Part shown: one piece after another, positions 59,157 through 64,000 of the stretch | Position numbering within the stretch: position 1 is the first letter of the stretch | Layout of the letters: every line of letters starts with the position of its first letter | Origin: an uncultured virus (IMG/VR IMGVR_UViG_3300007511_000006) | Taxonomy: Duplodnaviria > Heunggongvirae > Uroviricota > Caudoviricetes | Virus record (IMG/VR): IMGVR_UViG_3300007511_000006 | Strand: one strand, 5' to 3' | Length of the DNA stretch: 64,000 nucleotides | The notes under the pieces: generated by a model | What the model was told of the DNA's origin: nothing | Database searches by the model: none | Seen by the model: the letters and a program-made list of their open reading frames with translations, nothing else | Program-made: the position numbers and the translations under genes

Positions 59157-59434
59157 TTGGAGGCCTTATTTAACCGTTGTTTCATAATGCTTGCCGGATT
59201 AGTTCTTTTTGTTCTAGCAGATTTTCTCGCAATTCTTGCTCCTAACTTTGCTTTAGTCATACGTAATTTAAAACGCTTTTTGATATCTGGAGCCGCAAAA
59301 CATTGGGCAGGTTTGGACACAATGCGTCCTTTTCTTCTGCCGCCGGTGCAACGATACTTTCGAACTAATTTATTTCCTTGGCGTTGCCATGCCATTTTTG
59401 TTTCGTTTATGCCAAAGAGTTCTTCTAAATACAT
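59153..59434 (-). CDS. Small basic protein, possibly DNA-binding and head-internal
   Basis: MYLEELFGINE start; very Lys/Arg-rich. Confidence 0.65.
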   Translation of the reverse strand: MYLEELFGINETKMAWQRQGNKLVRKYRCTGGRRKGRIVSKPAQCFAAPDIKKRFKLRMTKAKLGARIARKSARTKRTNPASIMKQRLNKASK

Positions 59435-60663
59435 TATAATGTATTTAGTAATTTTGCTACGTCTTTTTCAATTACACTGTAAGATACGTTAGCAAGAACA
59501 AAACTAAAAAAATCACCATTATGGGCGCTGTCTCTTGCAAGAAGTTTAAGATGCATATTTGGAAGTTTGCAGTTAGAGTCAACGCCTTCAAAATAATCGT
59601 CGTATAATCCGCTAGTTATACCTTTATATATTTTCACCATTGCTTTTTTTAAATTTCTAGAATCATACCCAATAACATTTTTTTGTGTTTTAATTACTAA
59701 GTAATCCATCATAGCCTCTTCTTGGGCAATGACATTTATAAACGATCTGTTGTCTTTGTCTAAAACATATTCTCGTGTATTAATAAATTTAAGGTAATAC
59801 ATTAAATTCCGTATACCAGACGAACAGGTATACGCCTTGCATAATTCAGTAAATAACCCATTAAACTGTTGAAAATTAGCAAAGGAATAAAATATTATAT
59901 TGTTATATTCACACAAATCACGAACTATCGAAAAATTCTTACAAAAGTTTTGATATCGTGTTTGTATATCAAGACTACCGGTGTTTGCGTAATCTATAAC
60001 AGCCCTGTTGTAAATTGCTAAAAATTCTTCACCCGGCACCAATGTGTATGTGCCGTGTTCAATTACATTTTCAAATAAATCAATAAATTCAGAATTTATT
60101 GATAGTAACGAATTGATTCCTATATCATACCTTCTCCAGGCCGGAGGTACCCACAGCACAATATTTGGTTTTATAATATCAATTAATTGATATAATTGTA
60201 CTGTATTTAAATCTGAACTAGCACCAGGTGTACCAAGGTTAAAAACTTCAACGTCATTGGTATTAAATTGAGCAGATATTAATTTTTTGAGTTGTTCTGC
60301 CCAAGTGCTACTATCGTCTATTCCTAAACCAAATGCGTGACTGCATCCAATGGTTACTATTTTTAATTTTGCATCTGAATTAAAGCTAGGACCGCGATAT
60401 CCGTGTGCATTTAAGGTATACTTGACTGTTTTGCCTTTCCAATACGGATTTATTATTTTTTTATCGTACTCAAAAAAATCAAACTCATAAGTTCGTGAAG
60501 GATTTAATATATAATTATTATAAATCTCATAACCGTATATATTATTTGGACCTGAAAAGTCTTCACCTTCTGGAAATAACGGCGGTTTAGATAAAGCTGA
60601 TAATTCAGGATCCCAAAATCCCTTCGTCCACTTTGAAGTGCTACGATATTCTTCGTAATTCAT
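59434..60663 (-). CDS. SGNH hydrolase-like protein
   Basis: NAHGYRG, IGCSHAFG, NLGTPGAS, ARDSAH. Confidence 0.65.
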   Translation of the reverse strand: MNYEEYRSTSKWTKGFWDPELSALSKPPLFPEGEDFSGPNNIYGYEIYNNYILNPSRTYEFDFFEYDKKIINPYWKGKTVKYTLNAHGYRGPSFNSDAKLKIVTIGCSHAFGLGIDDSSTWAEQLKKLISAQFNTNDVEVFNLGTPGASSDLNTVQLYQLIDIIKPNIVLWVPPAWRRYDIGINSLLSINSEFIDLFENVIEHGTYTLVPGEEFLAIYNRAVIDYANTGSLDIQTRYQNFCKNFSIVRDLCEYNNIIFYSFANFQQFNGLFTELCKAYTCSSGIRNLMYYLKFINTREYVLDKDNRSFINVIAQEEAMMDYLVIKTQKNVIGYDSRNLKKAMVKIYKGITSGLYDDYFEGVDSNCKLPNMHLKLLARDSAHNGDFFSFVLANVSYSVIEKDVAKLLNTL

Positions 60664-60675
60664 ATACGATACTTA

Positions 60676-60924
60676 TTATTGAATGGTTAATAGATAGATC
60701 AATGCTGAAAATAGTGCGGTGATAATGGAGCCACTAAGGACCCACATAGATTTGTATTTGTTTTTTTCTTGGACTAGCAAGTTATGCCTAATCTCATCGA
60801 GTTGCTGTTCAATGACAGTCAAACGACTTTCGATTCGTTCCATATTCTCCTCCAGGTACCCGTATCTCTCTGAGCAAATCTCAACGTGTGCCTCAAGGCT
60901 CTGCCTTTCAATTTCTGATGGCAT
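60676..60924 (-). CDS. Coiled-coil plus C-terminal TM protein (XhlA/holin-like)
   Basis: LEAHVEICSERY, heptads, one TM helix; AGGAG RBS. Confidence 0.55.
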   Translation of the reverse strand: MPSEIERQSLEAHVEICSERYGYLEENMERIESRLTVIEQQLDEIRHNLLVQEKNKYKSMWVLSGSIITALFSALIYLLTIQ

Positions 60925-60949
60925 AACAACTCCTAAAATGTGTAATAAT

Positions 60950-61027
60950 GCCTACCGCCCGCCCTGTATTATATGTGCCTTTTATATGCCTCTTCATTTC
61001 GCCTAAAATGAGCCTAAGTCTTTGCCT
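60950..61027 (-). repeat. Periodic AGGC motifs in a 5' leader
   Basis: gcct on the plus strand at 60950, 60977, 60988, 61001, 61012 and 61024; gccct at 60961. Confidence 0.7.
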
Positions 61028-61051
61028 AGTACTGTATTTACTCAAAAATTT

Positions 61052-61603
61052 CTAGAAATTAACTAATAGTTTATCGGAGGAAGTAATATAAATGTTTTTA
61101 ATTTTAGGGTTTAAAGCATTCCAAACGGGGGTTTTTATTTTAGCAGTTTCTGTTAAATTTAAAATAACTGGAACGTTTGTTAGATCTTTCATTAATCCAG
61201 ATGCAGGTATGGCTTCTTCGCCTCGCTCTAGATATAATCCAGGTTGTTCAACAGTAAAGGAAGTAGTCCAAAAAACATGTTTTCCTTTAAATGAAGATCC
61301 AAAATTTAAAGCTTTGATGTCGTCTACTGAATATTTTTGGGGTTTTTCGATATACATAGGATTGCCGCGTAAACTAATAGTTTGAATTAAAGTTTCTAAA
61401 TTACTTTGTTGTCCTCTACTTTTATTCCAAGACTTTTCATTATTAACCAATTGATTAATGTCATCTACAAAAGCAGGGGCGTCAGGTCTGTATTGTGCTA
61501 CAAGGCCAGTTTGTGATATATCAATTAAAGTATGTATTGTCAAAAACTCACCAACACCTGAACCAAATCTGCCGCCGGCGGCTAATCCTTTTTCTCTTGC
61601 CAT
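61052..61603 (-). CDS. Virion structural protein (hypothetical)
   Basis: TLIDISQTG, QQSNLETLIQ.ISLR; late promoter upstream. Confidence 0.6.
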   Translation of the reverse strand: MAREKGLAAGGRFGSGVGEFLTIHTLIDISQTGLVAQYRPDAPAFVDDINQLVNNEKSWNKSRGQQSNLETLIQTISLRGNPMYIEKPQKYSVDDIKALNFGSSFKGKHVFWTTSFTVEQPGLYLERGEEAIPASGLMKDLTNVPVILNLTETAKIKTPVWNALNPKIKNIYITSSDKLLVNF

Positions 61604-61660
61604 TTGTATACCTATAATATGCTACTATTATATTTAGTATAGATTATTTAGCCAAATAAA

Positions 61661-61684
61661 AAGCGGAATGTTACCATTCCGCTG
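61661..61684 (-). terminator. Rho-independent terminator
   Basis: AGCGGAATG-ttac-CATTCCGCT with an adjacent A-tract. Confidence 0.75.
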
Positions 61685-61706
61685 TTTTATTATATAATAT
61701 ATTAAA

Positions 61707-62078
61707 TTATAGAACGTATGTTTTTGCTGTTACTGTTGCTGATGCAAAGTTTACAGAATCAACTGTACCCAAAGCAATTAAAACATCTTCTAAGTGAGCG
61801 GCCAATGTTTCACTGGCTGAGCCATCATATGTGTCTGTACCGTATTCACCCTCGACACAAACTGAAATATTGTTGTCTGCACTATGTAGTGCGCCAATAA
61901 TTACAATGTTAAAGCCTGCGCCTTGAATTGCATCCATGGCGGCTGCTACTGCTGATGTTGGGCCTAGCTTTCCTGAAACATCTGCGCCAAAATCAATATC
62001 TAAGTGTGCTAATGTTTTACCTAGAAAATTGGTGCTAAGACCAAATGATGCAGGTACTGTTCTTGTTACTGAAGCCAT
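61707..62078 (-). CDS. Small virion structural protein
   Basis: AGGAGA RBS, own late promoter and terminator; Ala/Gly/Thr-rich. Confidence 0.65.
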   Translation of the reverse strand: MASVTRTVPASFGLSTNFLGKTLAHLDIDFGADVSGKLGPTSAVAAAMDAIQGAGFNIVIIGALHSADNNISVCVEGEYGTDTYDGSASETLAAHLEDVLIALGTVDSVNFASATVTAKTYVL

Positions 62079-62133
62079 TTTAAATCTCCTAATCTAGCGT
62101 TGTTATCTTTATTTATATACAAAAATACAAAAT

Positions 62134-62164
62134 AAAAAAGCGGGATATTTCTATCCCGCTTTTC
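62134..62164 (-). terminator. Rho-independent terminator
   Basis: AAAAGCGGGATA-tttc-TATCCCGCTTTT. Confidence 0.8.
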
Positions 62165-62216
62165 TTGGAATCATTTGTTTCTAGCAATGCTAAAAACTGT
62201 GATTTTACGCTAATAA

Positions 62217-62546
62217 TTAAGCTAAGCTAACACCTGTGATTGTTTTGACACTTAGTGTTTGTGCGGCAATTGCGTCTAGACGTGCTTCTAGTGCTGTCCA
62301 TACTGCGCCTGAACCGGCTGCAATGTGAGCGTGTGCGCCTGAAAGACCTACTACGAAGCCAGCGGCTGTAACTGTGCCTACGAACTCAACTGTACCGTGC
62401 TGTGCAATTGCTTCTAGTGCTAGTTGTGCATCTGTATCTGTTGTAAAGTCGCCACCTGTTGAACATACCCATGTAATGTCACGAACACCTGCGTACTCTG
62501 AATTATCTTGTGCTGTTGAATAAGCTGGATTTGTATAACCTGCCAT
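62217..62546 (-). CDS. Small virion structural protein
   Basis: AGGAGA RBS, own late promoter and terminator; composition like 61707..62078. Confidence 0.65.
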   Translation of the reverse strand: MAGYTNPAYSTAQDNSEYAGVRDITWVCSTGGDFTTDTDAQLALEAIAQHGTVEFVGTVTAAGFVVGLSGAHAHIAAGSGAVWTALEARLDAIAAQTLSVKTITGVSLA

Positions 62547-62646
62547 TTTTCTAATCTCCTATATCTTGTAATGTATAGATTTCTCTATACCGTTAATATT
62601 ATTTATATCTAATTAGAAAAAATAAACTACGCTATTTCATTGCATA

Positions 62647-63345
62647 TTATTTATTGGCTAGCCACTTTCCTATTCCTTTGCCTACCACATAACCACCGGC
62701 TGTCGCTAGTGCAATTTTTGCTGGTGTACTAATGCCTGTTTTTTCTGGATCTTTAGCACTTTTATCTTCATATCCACCCTTACGCATAAATCCTTCATAT
62801 GGGCCGCGTAAATCACTTTTAGGTGTTTTGGCCCTCAATGCCTGTAACAATCTAGTAGTACCTTGCTTGCGCTCAGTACCATATAATCTATTCCAATCAC
62901 TTAACAATCTTCTTACAGCACTATACTGCCCATTTCTAATACCTAAATTACGCTCTAAACTCATTAAAAATTGTTTGTCGAAGTTCGGATTAGCCTTACC
63001 TTGTGCCACATCTCTGAGATACCTTTTAAATTGTAATAAAGGCATACTTGCCCTACCAACTGGGCCAATTTGATTTGCGTATCTTTCTGGATTACTAAAA
63101 ACAGCTACCCAGTTGTGTAAATCTGTTGCTGTTGATCTAATATTACTGAAATCTTGATATTGCAAAGTTTTTCTAGCATATTCTGATGCCTGCGCGGCTG
63201 TGCTGGGATCAAATCGCATTGCCTGCAATGATAATACCGTCAAGTAAATACTTTCTGCCACTTGTTCAGCACTAAGATTCAAACCACGCTGGGTGCGTAG
63301 TGCTCGTGCTTCTGTTAAATCTTTAATAAAACCCATCAACCCCAC
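62647..63345 (-). CDS. Phage hypothetical protein
   Basis: FIKDLTE near the start; coupled to the upstream gene. Confidence 0.6.
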   Translation of the reverse strand: MGLMGFIKDLTEARALRTQRGLNLSAEQVAESIYLTVLSLQAMRFDPSTAAQASEYARKTLQYQDFSNIRSTATDLHNWVAVFSNPERYANQIGPVGRASMPLLQFKRYLRDVAQGKANPNFDKQFLMSLERNLGIRNGQYSAVRRLLSDWNRLYGTERKQGTTRLLQALRAKTPKSDLRGPYEGFMRKGGYEDKSAKDPEKTGISTPAKIALATAGGYVVGKGIGKWLANK

Positions 63346-64000
63346 TCCTTTTGACTTAAAAAGTTTCTTCTTGAAAACTCCATTCTATCTACTAATTTTA
63401 CGGCATTACCTATTCTATCAATTGCTACAAAACCCTCGGGGTCTGCTACCTCGTAGCCGCCATCTGTTTTATAAAATGTTCCAATACCTTCTACTTTGTT
63501 TAATTTGTTTACTAAGATCATTTTAATCTGTACGATTTGTTTATATATGCCAAGTATTGCTAATAATGTATTACTGTTATCTTCGATAAACTGTTTGTTT
63601 GCTTCTATTTTTTGTACACGCGCCTGTCCTGCAGGCCCTTCAATACCAGTTTTTAGTTTATCAATTTCGGCTTGCATACGATCATCATAATAGTTAATAA
63701 AGTCTTGCAAGAAATTTGTAGCATTGGATACTTGTCCTTCTCCTTGGCGAATCTTTTCGTTAATAAAGATGGGAATATATTTCATAAACTCTTCATTTTT
63801 CAACATTGTGTTGAATTTTGAGGCATTTGTTTTAGATAAAATATCACTCATCTTCTCAACACCGCGCCTTACAGAATCTGTTTCTCTTGCAGTTAATGTA
63901 GCAACGCCTGTTAAATCTTTATACGTAGCATCATCCATCCAAACTTTTTTGTTACCTTCTGGTGCTATTACACCATATTGTGTTTGCATGTCACTAATCT
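63336..64000 (-). CDS. DUF6267-like T4-like phage protein (5' end outside the window)
   Basis: PEGFVAIDRIGNAVKLVDRMEFSRRNF; frame open to the window edge. Confidence 0.65.
   Translation of the reverse strand, partial: ISDMQTQYGVIAPEGNKKVWMDDATYKDLTGVATLTARETDSVRRGVEKMSDILSKTNASKFNTMLKNEEFMKYIPIFINEKIRQGEGQVSNATNFLQDFINYYDDRMQAEIDKLKTGIEGPAGQARVQKIEANKQFIEDNSNTLLAILGIYKQIVQIKMILVNKLNKVEGIGTFYKTDGGYEVADPEGFVAIDRIGNAVKLVDRMEFSRRNFLSQKEWG

Noticed and set aside
1..64000. Cellular chromosome origin, suggested by fusA, rpsU, rpmG, ssrA and yeaGH
   Set aside because: These genes lack their usual operon context (no rpsL-rpsG-tuf, no rpmB) and are interspersed with PAAR, tail spike, lysozyme and T4-type late promoters
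1..64000. Stop-codon reassignment, as in some jumbo phages
   Set aside because: Long conserved genes are intact in code 11, and TAG and TGA end genes at sensible positions

Overview
This window reads as part of a large, AT-rich, T4-like (jumbo) myophage genome, not a cellular chromosome. Genes are dense and mostly on the minus strand, in genetic code 11. Evidence for phage origin: many T4-type late promoters (TATAAATA/TAAATA), a PAAR spike protein, a pectate-lyase-type tail spike, a GH24 lysozyme, a class II ribonucleotide reductase with glutaredoxin, and a PD-(D/E)XK exonuclease. It carries many host-like genes. Translation and proteostasis: EF-G, bS21, a bL33 missed by the ORF track, a circularly permuted two-piece tmRNA with alphaproteobacterial features, a catalytic-domain-only class IIb aaRS paralog, ClpS and Hsp20. 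Other host-like genes: a complete PrkA(YeaG)-YeaH-SpoVR(YcgB) operon, a MotA/TolQ/ExbB plus ExbD/MotB-like membrane module, SbmA/BacA, a porin-like protein, and MscS-like and CDF transporters. Modification enzymes are scattered throughout (two amidinotransferases, three radical SAM, three SGNH-like, several glycosyltransferase-like). Patterns read directly from the DNA: late promoters 4-8 nt before ATG without a Shine-Dalgarno site (leaderless late mRNAs), a shared N-terminal motif resembling the T4 capsid-targeting sequence, and a periodic AGGC-repeat leader before a holin-like gene. All product calls are motif recognition by eye; no searches were run.
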